DNA of 63,553 nucleotides, counting the filler, from Phoronis australis (taxonomy: Eukaryota > Animalia > Phoronida), in assembly GCA_002633005.1 (NCBI GenBank). It is 10 parts of 10 records of this genome, joined end to end, with 100 filler letters (N's around TTAATTAATTAA, not from the genome) between each part and the next. Parts side by side here need not be neighbours in the genome. Positions count along the whole stretch, not along the records: positions 11,843 to 15,256 come from NMRA01003033.1; positions 15,357 to 25,642 come from NMRA01001763.1; 8 more parts are not named here. One strand, written 5' to 3'. Every line of letters begins with the position of its first letter. The stretch's first letter is position 1. Below are positions 11,843 to 25,742 of this stretch, in pieces. Both the position numbers and the translations under genes were made by a program. The notes under the pieces are model-generated. The model was not told the origin of the DNA. It ran no database searches and worked only from the letters and a program-made list of their open reading frames with translations.

Positions 11843-14800
11843 CATCGATAACCTGGTCATCGAACACGTGATCCACGAACCTCATCTTGAGCACGTAGTC
11901 GTCACCTGCCAATACCGGAGAACTTAAGTAAAGCAAGTTAAAAAGCACACCCCTCCGTTATTAAGTAATTACCTTTGGGTGTTTTGCCGCCTTAACTGTA
12001 TATCTGAACCATTTACACGAGACTGACTCCTGCCAGTTTAGTGCGTGCTGTCCTGACTATTTTATTAAGGATGAATTGAATTGCAATTGAATCGCATCGC
12101 GATAGTGACCGGTTTCCATATACAAAGCCCCATTTTGATTTGATTTTTTGTTCCAATTTCTGCCGTCGCTTTAGATGTCTTACAAAGTCACAACTTATTT
12201 GTATCCTTTGAACAATAAACAGCTCTGGACTGTTCATTAGCTGAAATATGTTTAACAATTTGTTGCTTAAATTGGTATGAGCGGTAAGTATTTGAAAAAT
12301 GAATTCAATTCAGGGCTTGAGATGACCAATGACAAAAAAGAGGAAATGTTACAGGTGATGTACCATTCCACAAATAGGCTTGAGTGAAAGAAATGTTTTG
12401 TGCTGAAAATTTTTACTCAAATAAACATTTTTGCACAAGCAAAGTCTAAATATCAATAAAAAAGTGACGAAAACAGAGTAAACTGAAAATTAAAAGAGGA
12501 AATCCATGTAACTTGACAAACATGAATCACAAATAGTCAAAATCCTCCTAAAAAGAACTGAATAAAACCAAAGTCCTAAAATTATGTATTGTCCCACCCT
12601 TACATCATACCACAAGCACACATGGCTAGCTGGACACACCTTTGTTATAGAGGTACTCATAGCTAGGCACATTGTAACCCAGTGTGTAGTGAGTCTTCCA
12701 GCCACCAAATAGCGGGAAACGTGGACGTAAATCTACCTCCACGGCCTCGTCCAGCTCTCGCAGGTTGGAGGTAGAAATGTTGCCGATCTCGTCGCGGTAG
12801 TAGACATCTTTGGCGGCTGCCGGAAGGACAGACTGACAAAGAGAGAAATTAATACATGTAAGCTTGAGTACATTGTGCGTGAAGCTTACACAAATTTGTA
12901 GGCACGATCACTTTGAGAACAAGATGTTACACTTGTTCTGAGTATCGCTTATGTTGCGAATGAAAGTTCAAATGTTCAGGGTTATATTCTGATTCAGGAA
13001 GCCTTCAGTAAAATTTGTAATCATGATAGTTCAGGAACTAAAACAAAGTCTTAGACATCATCAGGCTTCAACTGACTAACGTGTCAAATATATTTCCAGT
13101 AGATACATCTTCAGTCTTATGTGAACTGTTACCAATATCTGATAGCTTCACCGAGTATGTACAACAAAACAAACAAACAAACAAAGAAACACATATTATA
13201 AGTGGGACTGCGTAAACAATACATAACAAGGTACCTTGAAAGCCTTGATGGCAGAGTGGGTGTTTTGCGCACGCTGGTAATCATAACGCGAGAACGGGCC
13301 CTTCAACACTGCCCCTGTGTGGCGAATGTCGAGCGTCTCTTCAATGGCCACGTTGCCCCAGTGAGAGACCTCGATCAATCGCTCCATGCTGGACACAGCC
13401 AGGAAGGGACTATTGTTCTCGTAGTGCACAGTGATGTCAGCCTATGGTGGAAAACAAGAGTCATTGGTGACTGTGCGCGGTTTGTGAATGTCCATCTAGG
13501 CACACACTTGGAGACATTACAGCAAGCCTTCAGCAAATGATCTAATCAGTACAGATATCATAGATTAAAACAAAGTCTTCAGACATCACAAGGCTTGAGA
13601 AATGTAACTATGTGTTAACACAAAAAGAATTCAATGAGAACGATGTGTAATTTGGCGATATTAGAACAGAAATAGTCCCAATACAAAACATAAAATCCCT
13701 GGAAATTGCTTTGTCAACAAATCAAAGAGACAGCGCACTGNGCTTGCTACTGGGCAGGGTGATGGCCGTAGTTTGTTTCTTGACCCTGTATGGGCTGTAG
13801 AAGAAGGCAGAGCCCTCATACAGTACCAGCTGGTCTTGGCTCTGCGTGATCTCGGCGGGGTAGGGGCGCAGGGCATGCGCAAACACTGTATCCACATTGA
13901 CAGTGACTGTCTTGCCAGCAGGCAGGCTACTACCCAGGGTCACGCGCCAAAAATCTGCACCGCTAGAAAGAAAGCATCATAAAAAGTTAATTTGTTATAT
14001 GGTCCAAGACTTCCTCCACATGTTGATATGCTAGGTGGTTTAAAACCTCATTCACACGTTGATTTGCTATGTGGTCCAAGACCCCGTTCAAATGTTGATG
14101 AAAACGTGTTTTGCCACATCAAAGTGAAGTTCATCAATACACGGGTCTTGTCACAGACCTGCAGGTCGCCTATGTGACAACAGATTGTGTTTGGCGACCT
14201 GGGAAAATTCCTCCAAGTCGCCACGAGGTCGCCACTGAAAGTTTGATATTCAGACAATATTTTCCAAGTTTTTTTCAACATTGGTGTTGACTTCAAAACT
14301 TTAATTTACTATTGTGTTCCTATACTCATTACCTTTGATTCACAATTTTCCCCGTTTGTTTCGTGAATTGAACGCATTTACCACCACATTTAAATTACAA
14401 CAGGAAGTAGACAGATGCATGTTGGAATTGTTAGGCAAAAATCAGGCAGGATCAGCGAAACTTGTGCCACCAGGCCATGCGGTCATCTGTGTCCTATGCT
14501 CGTCCGTTGGCGAGAGGAACAGCGGAGTTAGAGCAAGAGGATACGTATACCTACAGTGGAAATCAGGGCACCGTAAGGAAAATTGGTGCCATGCGACTTT
14601 TTTGCTCGACGAAAATTTACGCCCAAATAAGAAACGTAACTCATCAGCGCCGATGATTTTACTATCCATTTTGGCAACCTCAGATTTTGTTTGGCAACCT
14701 GGGATTTGTACCAGGTCACCAAATACAATTTGGCATTTTGCTAAGCATCGAGTGCCGTATCAGATTTCTGTGTCTTGACGAGTGGTCTTGGCAGACTAGA

Positions 14801-15129
14801 GCCCAAATCAAGAGACATATTGTCTGACTTGTGAATCACGTGATGTGACCATATGTGTCTTGTAACTCTGTGAAGTAACTACACTATGCAATTATAAATT
14901 GTTTAACAAAAATGACCATGGCATACAAAATATGGAGATTTTTTGTACCTCAAGAAATTTTCCACATCAGATGGTCGTAATTTTTCATTTTTCAGGCATG
15001 TTTCAGGAGAGCCGGAAGACTTTTTACGACCACAAGTGATGAGTAAAATACAGCGGATACTTACATTTCACCGTGCGCCACTGTAACTGGCAGAACGTCT
15101 AATTTTGACTCTTCGTCTTCTCCTTTTGT
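11843..15129 (-). CDS. RPN1: Ribophorin I (OST subunit 1), internal exons 15129-15065, 13962-13742 (broken at N), 13441-13235, 12832-12640, 11905-11843
   Basis: [84 protein letters not shown] and [16 protein letters not shown] are hallmark RPN1 peptides; canonical splice sites. Confidence 0.97.
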
Positions 15130-15214
15130 CTGAAATATTCAAGTAGCAGTCTTAAGGTTTAGGACGTTATTGACAAGTCTATGTATTTAACCATATACAT
15201 ACATAACTATGTAA

Positions 15215-15256
15215 AGGCTGTTCCAGCAAAATCTGTGTGGGAGGGGGGGAAGGCAA
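15215..15256 (+). mobile_element. Left end of the GGGCTGTTCCAG MITE family, cut by contig end
   Basis: Matches 6159-6200 and 62949-62990. Confidence 0.75.
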
Positions 15257-15824
15257 NNNNNNNNNNNNNNNNNNNNNNNNNNNNNNNNNNNNNNNNNNNN
15301 TTAATTAATTAANNNNNNNNNNNNNNNNNNNNNNNNNNNNNNNNNNNNNNNNNNNNGGTGTCACTGTCATGGCCTCTGTAAGCACTACAACATAAGGTAC
15401 AAAACAACAACAGGTTATCGTAAACAAACTGGATATAAACACGAGTAGTTAAAGCATAATTAAACCAAATATTTCTGACAAAGAAACAAGTTTTGCTCCA
15501 GGTCACTTGCTGCAATAAAATTGGCTTTCAAATTGTTCCTTGGTCAAATTTGATGTCATTTCAGAGGTTCAAAACAACTAATGCTTTGCTATGTCTTAAG
15601 ACCAGGGTCATGACCTGACCTTGTATGTCTTAGTGTGAAATAATTGTGAACAGTCAGTTCTTTCAGAGTCCAGAGATCATTATTGAGTAAGGAACATAAT
15701 AAAACGTCAAGTTTTTAATGGTAAGTGGGCTAAACCAAAACTTGGTATTTGAAAGACATTAACAGGCTTAATGCCACTTAAAGTGAAGATTGAAACAGCC
15801 ATGATACGGTACCAGACTTACTCT

Positions 15825-16340
15825 CTGAGACCCGTATCATGTACGTATTGATCCCCTGAATCCCACACCATGTATGTTTCCACCCCCTGAGACCCACATC
15901 ATGTACGTACCCACCTTCTGAAACCTATTCCATGCATGCATCTACCCTTTGAAAACCACACGTACTCACCCTCAGAACTCCACATTATGTAGGTACCTAC
16001 CCTATGAGACCCACACCATATATGTACCCAAACTGAGACCCACACAATGTACATACCCATCTACTAAGACCCACACCACATATGCATTCATCCTCCGAAC
16101 GCCACACTATGTACTGATAGTAATAGTCTTATAAAACATGCCTGCTTTTTGAGAACCAGTTGATGCCCATTATTCAGTAGAGAAAACTGGTTCTCAAAAT
16201 GCATGCACATTATATCAGATTATTACTGTACCTAACCTTCCAAAACTCACACGACACCCACTTTCTGGGACTCACACCTGTCTCTACCCTCTCAGACCCA
16301 CACCACACATGCACACACCTCTCAGACCCACACCTCATGT
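15825..16340. repeat. Degenerate ~33-bp minisatellite (CTGAGACCCACACCATGTATGTACC-like), interrupted
   Basis: Recurring GAGACCCACAC cores. Confidence 0.65.
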
Positions 16341-16361
16341 CCAGCCTGTAATCCAACTTAC

Positions 16362-19300
16362 CCATGTGCCTCTTTATTAACACTCCTTGTTATAGTCTCT
16401 TCAACTTCTGACTCATTCCGGCGTCCGTTGTACTTTCTGTCTAAGTGGGCTCTCGGCAATCGCTCGTGAAGTTCATCATTCACTTCAGGTGAACCATACA
16501 TCTCCACTAGACGGCTTTTCTCAAGTTTCTCTTCAAGTGACTGTCGCAAGGCCTTTTCCTTGTCAATTTCACGATCCCTTTAAAGTTAACACCCAAAGCA
16601 CTTATTAGCTTTTTTTAAATATGAGAACAGCCCCAGAAATGGATTTCGCATTATATCCAGGTTCTCATTCACTCCCCTGCACACATTCAAAAGTATGACC
16701 GAGTTCAGAGGAATAGGAGACACCTTTGTACAATGGTCGAATGTCAGCCAATGAAGCCAGGATTTGAACTCAAATCTCGCACGCAGTTCCGCGGAGCTCT
16801 ATTAGTCTCAGCATGTATGAAATATTTGAAAATTAAACAAGTTTAAAAAAAATCAGCACCATTTTATTAATTAGCACAATCGTTTAAATTCAGGATGGCA
16901 TTTTTATGTTAGTACAATAGCAACTTACTATCTAGAAAATCTGACAGATATTGTAACAAATTGACAAATGGTGTTCCCTTAACTACCTAAATCTGATGAA
17001 CTTCTTCGTTATTCTTGAAACAGATAAACTTCCACACACCATGAATCTGTGATATAGTTCGAGAATGGACCTGACATCAGAGTGAGTGATGTGCTAGTAT
17101 AAAGTGTGCTTAAAACTTTGCATTTGGGCAGTTGGTCCGTGCTACACTTGATTAATAGCTTCTAGTAAATGTGAGCACGTGCCATCAGTCAACACGTCAT
17201 GGTACGATTTCCACTTCAGCCAGAGCATTTTTTTGGACTTGAAAAACAAACTTATGTAAAGGAAAAAGTGACTTGGCATAGACACAGACTATTGTGAAAT
17301 ATCTATGGCACTGGAGTGCAGGTTGATTTCTGTATAAAGTGCCCAGTTTCCAAATCTTAGAGTCGACAATTGACAAGTGGGGTAAAATCCCAGCTCGCCA
17401 TTTTGGATTTAATGTAGCTAAACTTTTAGTACTGCGTGACATCGCTGGCGACTGTGACACTTGAAGAGAGGATAGCTGCTGCGCCACTGAGGTACTGTAA
17501 TATTTTCGGTGAATCTTTATGAAAATGTAAACCATCACTAGTTAAAGTCAAAACACAAAAAGTCTGAGGGATTTATGATATATGACCAATCAGTGTGTCT
17601 GCCTATGAAAACGGATATGTTACATTTCCAGGCACGTAGGAATGTACACAAATTACAAGGGGGCATATCATTTGCCCTTGGCCAGTCGCCCCAATAGACT
17701 CAACTTTCCCCCTTGCAGTCATTATTTTCTCCCCCTTCTCCCATAGCCACAATTTCCTCTGGCCACTGCTATTCCCCCACCATGCTCTGTTTTGTCTCCA
17801 AGCACCCTTTAATTCACAGGATTTTGTACAATCCTGCGCCTTAAACTGGGCGTCGCTGTTCGAGCGTGTTATTTTTCGAGCGCTTGTGGATTAACAAGAG
17901 TGGCAGATGGCGACTGGCACTGAGTGTTGTTTTTTGTTGCCGTTTTGAGTGTTAGTTGATTTGTTTTGCAAGTGTGGGTACGGCATTGTTGTAAACTTAG
18001 GTCGTGTTTGGAGAGCTGAGGTATGAAAAACTGAAGTCGCATTTAGCAAGTAAGCCCCAAGCTCAGGTCATCAATGGCAATTTCAGCTCGCATAATTTGT
18101 TCGAGTTGGAAGGAATTACATACTGTCTACCAGCGTTGCTCCTATAGTATAGGTCGCATTGAGCACAGGTGTCCTCATCTTTTGATCGTTCCCAATACAC
18201 TATATATAACAGGGCTCGACGCTATTAAAATCGCCAGGTCGCATTTTCAAAATCCAGCTCGCATTCGTAAATGCCAGGTCGCAAAATTTTCCCGCCATTT
18301 TTACGCGCCAAGATAGATTTTTTAGATCATCGAGAAAATGTTTAGATTATGCTCTTACCTGCAGCGTTAAATACCCACAAATTTCGGATCTCAAAATTGA
18401 CTTCATTCAGGCAGGTACGGCCTTACTGTTCTTCACGACCGCCATTGAAAGACTCTAGAGCGCAAGGCAAGTTGCCGACGTGAAAGTTGAATCAGTGCTC
18501 TCTAACTGACTTGTGCATTTGAGTAGCTAAATTTGCTATGTGAAAAGGGAGAAAATGCCCGTTGAAAAAGTATCCGGGATTTTGTTCGATCTGACGCTGC
18601 AATGGTAAGAAACGTTATAATAATACGATTTTGCGAGGCAAACTCCATCTAGTAGGGGTGACTTTCTGGATATCGTTACCACCTACATTGTACCCTTTTA
18701 AGTCACCCGGAATAATGTTGTTTTTAACTGCCCGCTTCAGCCGGAAGAAGGTTGTTTCTATAGGAGTCTGAACATTTTAAGGCGACGGTGGTTCGGGGAG
18801 CGAAAAGTTGCCAAGGGAGTGGGGGGGTGTATAAAAAGAAGAATGAAAAGTTCGCTAACTTGAAGAAGAATTTCGCTTCTAGTGCCAGTTTAGTTACAAT
18901 AGCTGGCTACGGGCATAGAATACAGGGTTTACAGAACATCGACCTAGGGAAACATCGGAACAGGAACACGTCAGTTCTGGGTTATATCGGTACCGGGACA
19001 TCAGGTCTTTTATAACCGCTGGGAATCTGCGTTCATTTTCAAATAAACCAGAGCCAAGCCGGACGGGTATACTCTTTCATTTAGGACTGTCGCTGTTGTT
19101 CTTTGAAGTGGTGCGCACGCATGAGTTCACGCACTTGAATCGCTGGAGTAGGCCTACACTTTACGTTGACAACGTGTGAAAGACAAATCATATTTCGCGC
19201 ACGTAGCCCCAGAAACAAGTAAAGGGTTTCAGAATTTCTTGGCAACTGAAAGTAAAGACGTGACCATCGTTTGACGATTAATAAGGTTGTCATTTTCACT

Positions 19301-20973
19301 TTGGCTATCTTAATACAATAAAAAGGAGAAGCACATCTCAGTCTAAGTCACGATTGTCTGCCGAGACCGCTTGCGCACTAACGGTGCCGCAGTGCGATAT
19401 CAGGGATGTTGTCGTGGATATTCGGTACATGTAATACGGACATCTTATGTGAAAAATAAACATTTTCGTCCACCACAAAGCTTGGTAAGTTGATCGCTTA
19501 AGAATTAGTATAAACACCGTTGTTTTGTGAAGTTTTATCACGTGTTAAGCAGTGGCCCGAATCTTTCTTCGGCGAATCCGGAAATTTACAAAAGTGGCCG
19601 AAAGTGTTAGCCAATGAAACGCGTCAAAGATCGATTCTGCATATCCCATGTTCACGCGACTTGCTTACAAGTCATCGGGAGGGCTGTTCTCGGTTAGTGT
19701 TCTTTTCAACTTGGATTTGGCAACAACCAAATAACTGTCGGATTAACAAGAGCTGCTTTGTATTTGCCAGGTATCTGTTGAGAAGTGTAAAAACTCAGCT
19801 CGCATTCGTTGGAAATTCCAGGTCGCATTTTGCGACTTGATACGAGCTGACAAAAATCTCAGCTCGCATTTCCAAATTTCAGGTCGCAAATGCGACCTGC
19901 AGCTCGTTATGTCGAGCCCTGTATAATACTACAAGGTATGACACTCCGGACTAGAAATTCCACAGGTGCCTCACTTCAGCCATCTACAGCAAACACAAAA
20001 CTCAATAAATTTACACAAAACATAGGTTCAACAAACCATGAGGAATTGTTCTTTCTCCCAATACCATTTATGGTGTCACTCCACCGAGTTCGCAAGAAAT
20101 TCGCGGTCAAAGCACAAAAATCTTCCCAAAAAGCTTGTCCGGAGCAACTCCCTGGTCTCGCGCGCAGGGTACGGAATTTTCTGATGAGTTACAGATGAAC
20201 GGCAATTGCCGATTCATCACGGAAAGTCACGGCATCGATAACTCGGCAATTGTCATTCATCCGTAACTCATCGGATAATTCCGTACCCTGCATGTGAGAC
20301 CAGGGAGTTGCTCTGGATGAGCTTTTTGGGAAGATTTTTGTGCTTGCGAACTCGATGGAGCAGAACACCTTCAATCGTATTGGGAAAAAGAACAATTCCT
20401 CATGGTTTGTTGAACCTCTGTTTTGTGTGAATTTATTGAGTTTTATGTTTGTTATTGACGGCTGAAGTGAAGCACCCGTGGAATTTCTAGTCCAAAGTGT
20501 CATACCTTGCAGTATTATATAGTGTAATGGGGACGTCAGAAGCTGAGGACGCCTGTGGCATCGAGAAGGTGCCACCCTCTAACTACTAACTTTGCTTTGG
20601 CTTTAGCTTACAGCCACAAACAATTGACTTTAGTCCAAATGGTTAGAACGATCGGCTCTCAGGATTTTGGAAATGATCAAAAAATTTCCATCAGTGCTTA
20701 ACAAGTTGAAGTTTGATGTACAGCACAAGAAACTTATTTACAAAAAACTTATTTACATTTAACTTTCTGACACCGGAAGAATTCTTACCGCTGATCAACT
20801 TCGTCTCTGAGTCTCTGCATTTTGTTATGGGCACCTTCGATGGCAGAACGGAGAGTGTAAACAAGCTTCTTGTCTTCAGCAGGCAAATCAACAATTTTCT
20901 CCGGTGTTCTGTCAAGTCTTCTCACATAATCTGGATCATTTGTCAAACTCCGTCCCGTATCTTGGTCCGCCAT
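16362..20973 (-). CDS. First two coding exons (20973-20789, 16577-16362) of an unidentified coiled-coil protein, 3'-partial
   Basis: aaaATGG start, donors CG|GTAAGA and GG|GTAAGT, phase-2 junction gives continuous KMQRLRDEVDQR|DREIDKEKALRQSLEEKLEK. Confidence 0.7.
18164..20557. mobile_element. Long palindromic (foldback) element; left arm 18164-18209 + 19922-~20218, right arm ~20237-20557
   Basis: 19922-20218 is an imperfect reverse complement of 20237-20520; the right arm continues to match 18164-18209 across the hAT-like insertion. Confidence 0.8.
18210..19921. mobile_element. Non-autonomous hAT-like element, 11-bp TIR CAGGGCTCGAC
   Basis: Perfect CAGGGCTCGAC/GTCGAGCCCTG ends, subterminal CAG(G/C)TCGCA repeats at both ends, imperfect TATAA-containing duplication. 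Confidence 0.75.
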
Positions 20974-23558
20974 TTTGACGCTTCGCACAGAACTCTGGGT
21001 AGTAAACAACTATCCACCTATTGTCAATTCAGCAAACTTGTTTTGTCCGGTACCGGTCAGCGCTATCTTGAGGCTTTATAGGGAGGGGGATAAGGGAAGA
21101 GACTGTTGCAGGCAGGGGGGTTCGGGACGTTCGATAGAACCCCCCTCCCTCCTAGGAAAATGTCCAGCCCTAGCCTATCCGATAGGATAAGATAGGATTT
21201 AGTAGATGGACAACAACTGTTGTAGCTACTTGTTCTATGTCAGAGAACAATATCATTTGATATTGGTCCTAGTTCTATGCTAACCACAACCATAACTAAG
21301 TTAACATTAATTTTGAATTTACTTCTGATGTCAAGCGCTTCACATAATCATCGGGTCGTATCCCGCCCGAGTGGTGACTGCATAGATGGCGATTAGAGGA
21401 GGCTTTATGTTATTCATCGGCCGAAAGCGCGTGGTGTCTACACCTGATGGTAATAAGGAATGTCTATTCTTAGACCAAATATATAGCATAGAGGGAGATC
21501 CCAAAAGTAGTGCAGTGTTAATGCTTTAAAATCGACCAAGAAACGAAACAGCAGAAAATGGGTTTGCTATTTGCTACTTTGGTGTACCTTCTAGCATAGT
21601 ATGGATAAAGTGCTGACCTTTTCAATTGAAAGTGATCGCCAAATCATCACTAGTGTCCACTTTGATTGTGGATTGATGGATTGACATGCATGCGTGTACA
21701 CGTGTGTGCGTTTCCGTTCTTTTAAATTCAGTGCACGCCGACGGCAACTGATTACTTTGTCGTTTCTCAAAAATTAGACATTTAGCTACCGCGTTTTCTC
21801 GCACTGAGAAATCCCCGCATGTTCACATTATTAGGTAAGTCTAAACATAATTAAAACTAAGAAAGTATTCTCTTGTCAATCAGTGTCAATTGTGGCAGTC
21901 TCGCAGATTTCATACGAGCAACAATTTTGATGGAAAAGATTTCCAAAGTTACATGTACATGACCGAAGGTTCGCTACTCGATCCGAAGGTTCTTTACCTT
22001 CGAAAGTTCACCGCTTCGAATGTCTACCGAAACCAGAACTCAGTTCCTTGCTCTGATTTTCTACTAATGATTCTGAACTGAAAAGAATAAGGTATTGTAT
22101 TTGTGTCCATTTAGTAACCATTTAAATGGTGCGCAAGAGTTGAGTAGTCCCGAAAAGATTGATTTACAGTGTTTACAAAAGAGCTCAGTTCCAATCACTG
22201 GCTATAGTGATCATAATCTAACTAAAGACTCGTTCTCAATTAGGGAAAACATCTGGGAAACGGGGCCGGGAGTCGGCGACCAACGGCGGTTTTAAATTTA
22301 AGAAGACTGAATGAGACTTCGTGAAGACTGGCAGGGACAGGGTAGCTTACTAACTACATTTAGTTTCGACCCGGCGGTGCGAGTAGTTCCGATGGGTGAG
22401 GTTGAAGCGCAGCGACCCTAAACTTTTCTGTCGCGCTGTGAGATGATGCGATCTGATCATGGGATTGATGAACAATCCTACTTCATATTCTTTTAGAAAT
22501 GCAAGTACGCGTACGTACTCACTCAGACATGAGGATAATTTCACATGTACATGAAATCCAAACAAAATGATTTATTAGCTGGGTGTATTGTTGTCGGTAT
22601 AGTTGCAATAACCGAAGTGTCGCTTATTTTTGCATGTAAAAGTACAACAGTTACACCTGAATCAGAATTTGAGACATTTTCGGACTAGTGAACCTTCGAA
22701 GTAGTGAACCTTCGGAATAGTGGGCCGTTCCCATTTCCAGCGATGTAAGGCTTAACAAAAATACAATCAGATGAAAAATTACGTCAATCATTCTCCGGCT
22801 AAATATTTCTGTCCGAGTATGTAATGGGGTGTAATCACTCATTTACAAAAGCCCGATTTGAAAGTTTGGCAGGAGGTAACGCGAGAACGTTAGGCTATAT
22901 TTATAGATCATATTACGTCCGAATTTGATTCCTGTTGTTTGCGAGCAACCGTCGCGACATCCTCATTTCCCAGTGGTATTACAAATTTCGTCTTATCTCA
23001 GGAACATAGAGCTGAGAGCCATCGTTGCCGTGGATACAGAGTTCCCTTTCCCATTATTAAACTGCGTCAAGTGCCTTACAAAAAACTCGAGTGTCGACGT
23101 TTTCAAAAGGTCCACCTTTCTAGAAATTCGAACCACTCCCGCGCAATGCTGGCTACGGGCCTGTGTTGCACATGAACTTGAAATCTTGAGTGAACTTGGA
23201 ATAAATTTCTATTCCAAGTTCACGCAAGTGATTTTTAGATTAAGCAAGCATTTGTGACATCTACAGCCGATTTCATAAGGGTGGTTTAATAAAACCAGGT
23301 TTAAGACTTAAACCTGGTCTTCCAAAACGTGGTCGAATTTTAGACGTAACTTGCATTTCATCAACATGGTTTGAAAGTCTGAGAGACTGGTTTTGTTAGA
23401 CCATGAAGCGGGTTTAGTAAGGTTTAAAGTGTACAAGCCACCCTACTGTGTTGATCCGGATTAACCCAACAAAGAAACTATTGAAGTGCCTCAATGAAAC
23501 TTTGATCACATGGGAACACAATGGCACATAGCAGTAGAATCAATGCAGACATTTGCGA

Positions 23559-23708
23559 AAAAGGGCTAAAAGCTTTTCTCACGAGGAAAAATGCTCCCTC
23601 CCACAACTGATCAGAGAAAAAGCCAATGTGATAGTCGAGAACAAGAAAATTGTTGCCAAATCAAGTCAACGTAAGCAGCAGGCTTGGAGAAATATTGATC
23701 CAGAATAA
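23559..23708 (+). pseudogene. Myb/SANT-like (Myb_DNA-bind_5-type) remnant of the Harbinger accessory gene
   Basis: KRAKSFSHEEKCSLPQLIREKANVIVENKKIVAKSSQRKQQAWRNI* fits the R..NFS..E...L..LI......IENKK.......K..AW..I pattern; not in the ORF track. Confidence 0.65.
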
Positions 23709-23765
23709 AGGCCAGAAAGAAAATTTCATCAGTGAAAAAATTGCAAAGAAAAACGGCGAGAGACC

Positions 23766-24071
23766 CAGTGGCAGATCTAGGATATTATGAGGAGATATTT
23801 TTCATTTTGTATCGTCTGTGTCCAACACAAGTATACACATTACTTGTTCACGCTGAACTGCAACATAGTAAATGCACACGTTCATTTCCGTGTCATTTTA
23901 CTTTTTTGCAGCCAAAGGGGAGGCACGGAGGCGGATCCAGGATTTTGAGTTAGGGGGATCAGGACAGAGTATTAGCCAGGATTTTGCCCGTCAGACATTC
24001 GTAGCCCCGAACTGCCAAATGGAATCTGGGAGAATTTAGGGGGCCCATGCCCCCCTCTAAATCCGCCACTG
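23766..24071. mobile_element. Short MITE(s) with CAGTGGCGGATCTAG-type ends
   Basis: CAGTGGCAGATCTAG ... CTAAATCCGCCACTG; related ends near 24253, 25547, 59845 and 62018. Confidence 0.5.
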
Positions 24072-24942
24072 GGACAGGATCCCTGCCCGACAACCTTATA
24101 TCGGGCACTAATTGAGATGGAATTCGGCCAGAATAATCATTAGATGCCTTTTTAGTCATACGCGTAGCGCTTGCGACGATGACGCTCTGCTCGAACCGTC
24201 ATATTGTGAGGAAATACGAAGGACACCCTTCAGTACGTACTGGTCTACGTATAGGCGGATCCAGGGGTTCAAGGAGTCCGAACCCCCTTTTTCTCTTGAT
24301 TGTAGTGATATCAAATCTATGGTTTTCAAATTGTCGACCGAGGCCTTCCCTTTAAAAATACTTGGTCCCCTTGATACGTTTGATCTTGTGTCGTCCTAAA
24401 ACTGAATATTGAAAATAGTCCGTTCTCGCTCTAAAACTGCCTCGTAAATGTACACCACAGCATCATTCAGTTGTACCTACGGTATATCGTACAAGTCTGC
24501 CATATTTAATAGTATTAAACCTGGGTCTCAATGACCAAGTCTAAAGTTAAACCTGGTTTAAGATCTTAATACAAGTCTAAGTAATATATACCTCGTTGGT
24601 GAAATGAAAACTGACTTAGACCAGGTCTAAACTGGAGTTAAACCAGGTTTTACTAAACCACTTGTCTAAAAGTTAAACCACCTTTATGAAATACAGATTA
24701 TCTTTAAACCTGGTCTAAGTCCAGTTTAAAGCAGTTTAACTTTAAACCACTTTTATGAAATCGGTTGCCAGTGCATGCGTGCGCCCAGCCTTTAGTATGG
24801 GGGGCTCGAATCTTTGACAAAGTGGACCTTTTGCTAACTATAAAGCAGGTGGACTAAAAAAAAGGATACCACCTTCAGATCCATGAACTGTGCGTCTGCG
24901 CCTTTTTAGTAGACTTACAAACTAGGGGTGGTTCACTGAGAT

Positions 24943-25172
24943 GGGTGGGTGAGCGAGGTGTTGAAGTGACTGGAAACCTGGGACAATGAACAGGATTAAC
25001 AGCTAGGATAGGATACCAGTACGGGGCCAGACACAGAATGAATGAGTTTCTACCGTCCAGGTGGGTGGGTGGGCGAGGGGTTGAAGTGATTTACAATCTG
25101 GGACTTTGTGCAATGAACAGGATGAGCACCTAGGATACGGGGCCAGACACAGAATGAATGAGTTTCTACCGT
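24943..25172. repeat. ~120-bp tandem duplication
   Basis: GGGTGGGTG.GCGAGG.GTTGAAGTGA...ACGGGGCCAGACACAGAATGAATGAGTTTCTACCGT occurs twice. Confidence 0.8.
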
Positions 25173-25742
25173 ACTAGTACCTACCGTACGGGGAGCGGTC
25201 TGCTCTCCCACACCCCCTGTTGTGGATAAGCCAGTGCTTACTAGAGTTCACATTTTTTTTTTCAAAATTGGTAACAGTGTCTTCTTTTTAATATCTCACT
25301 AATTTAGCCAATCGCCAATCGTTGCTCTTTTGAGGCTAAAGTGCATGACTTCATTTTCAAAATTTGACATTGTCCTTAGTCAAGTTGTTATAAATTCTTA
25401 CCCTAACAAGATAGCACTATCACCTTTTATGCCTGCATGGCCCCAAGAGATCTGTAATCGTTTCTAATCTGAGCAAGGTGAAAGTTCAGATATAGCATTT
25501 GAGTCTATGTTGTTATTTTTGGCAAAAAAAGTTGTCTGTAGTACACAGCGGCGGATTTAGGGGGTCCATGTCCCCCCCTAAAACTCCCAGATTCCTTTGG
25601 CAATTGGGGGTGCGGGCAAAATCCTGGATACTACTTTGCCCTNNNNNNNNNNNNNNNNNNNNNNNNNNNNNNNNNNNNNNNNNNNNTTAATTAATTAANN
25701 NNNNNNNNNNNNNNNNNNNNNNNNNNNNNNNNNNNNNNNNNN

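Larger units (their letters stand above)
23263..24768 (+). mobile_element. Decayed PIF/Harbinger element
   Basis: TIRs CAGCCGATTTCATAAGGGTGGTTTAA / TTAAACCACTTTTATGAAATCGGTTG, subterminal TAAACCTGGT repeats, internal Myb/SANT remnant. Confidence 0.7.

Noticed and set aside
18359-18450. Alternative coding first exon inside the hAT-like element (CAG|GTAAGA, minus strand)
   Set aside because: Its ATG frames either stop inside or are out of phase with exon 16577; no other support.
20181-20205. Hammerhead at CTGATGA-GTT..AAC
   Set aside because: No GAAA after the stem; part of the palindromic element.
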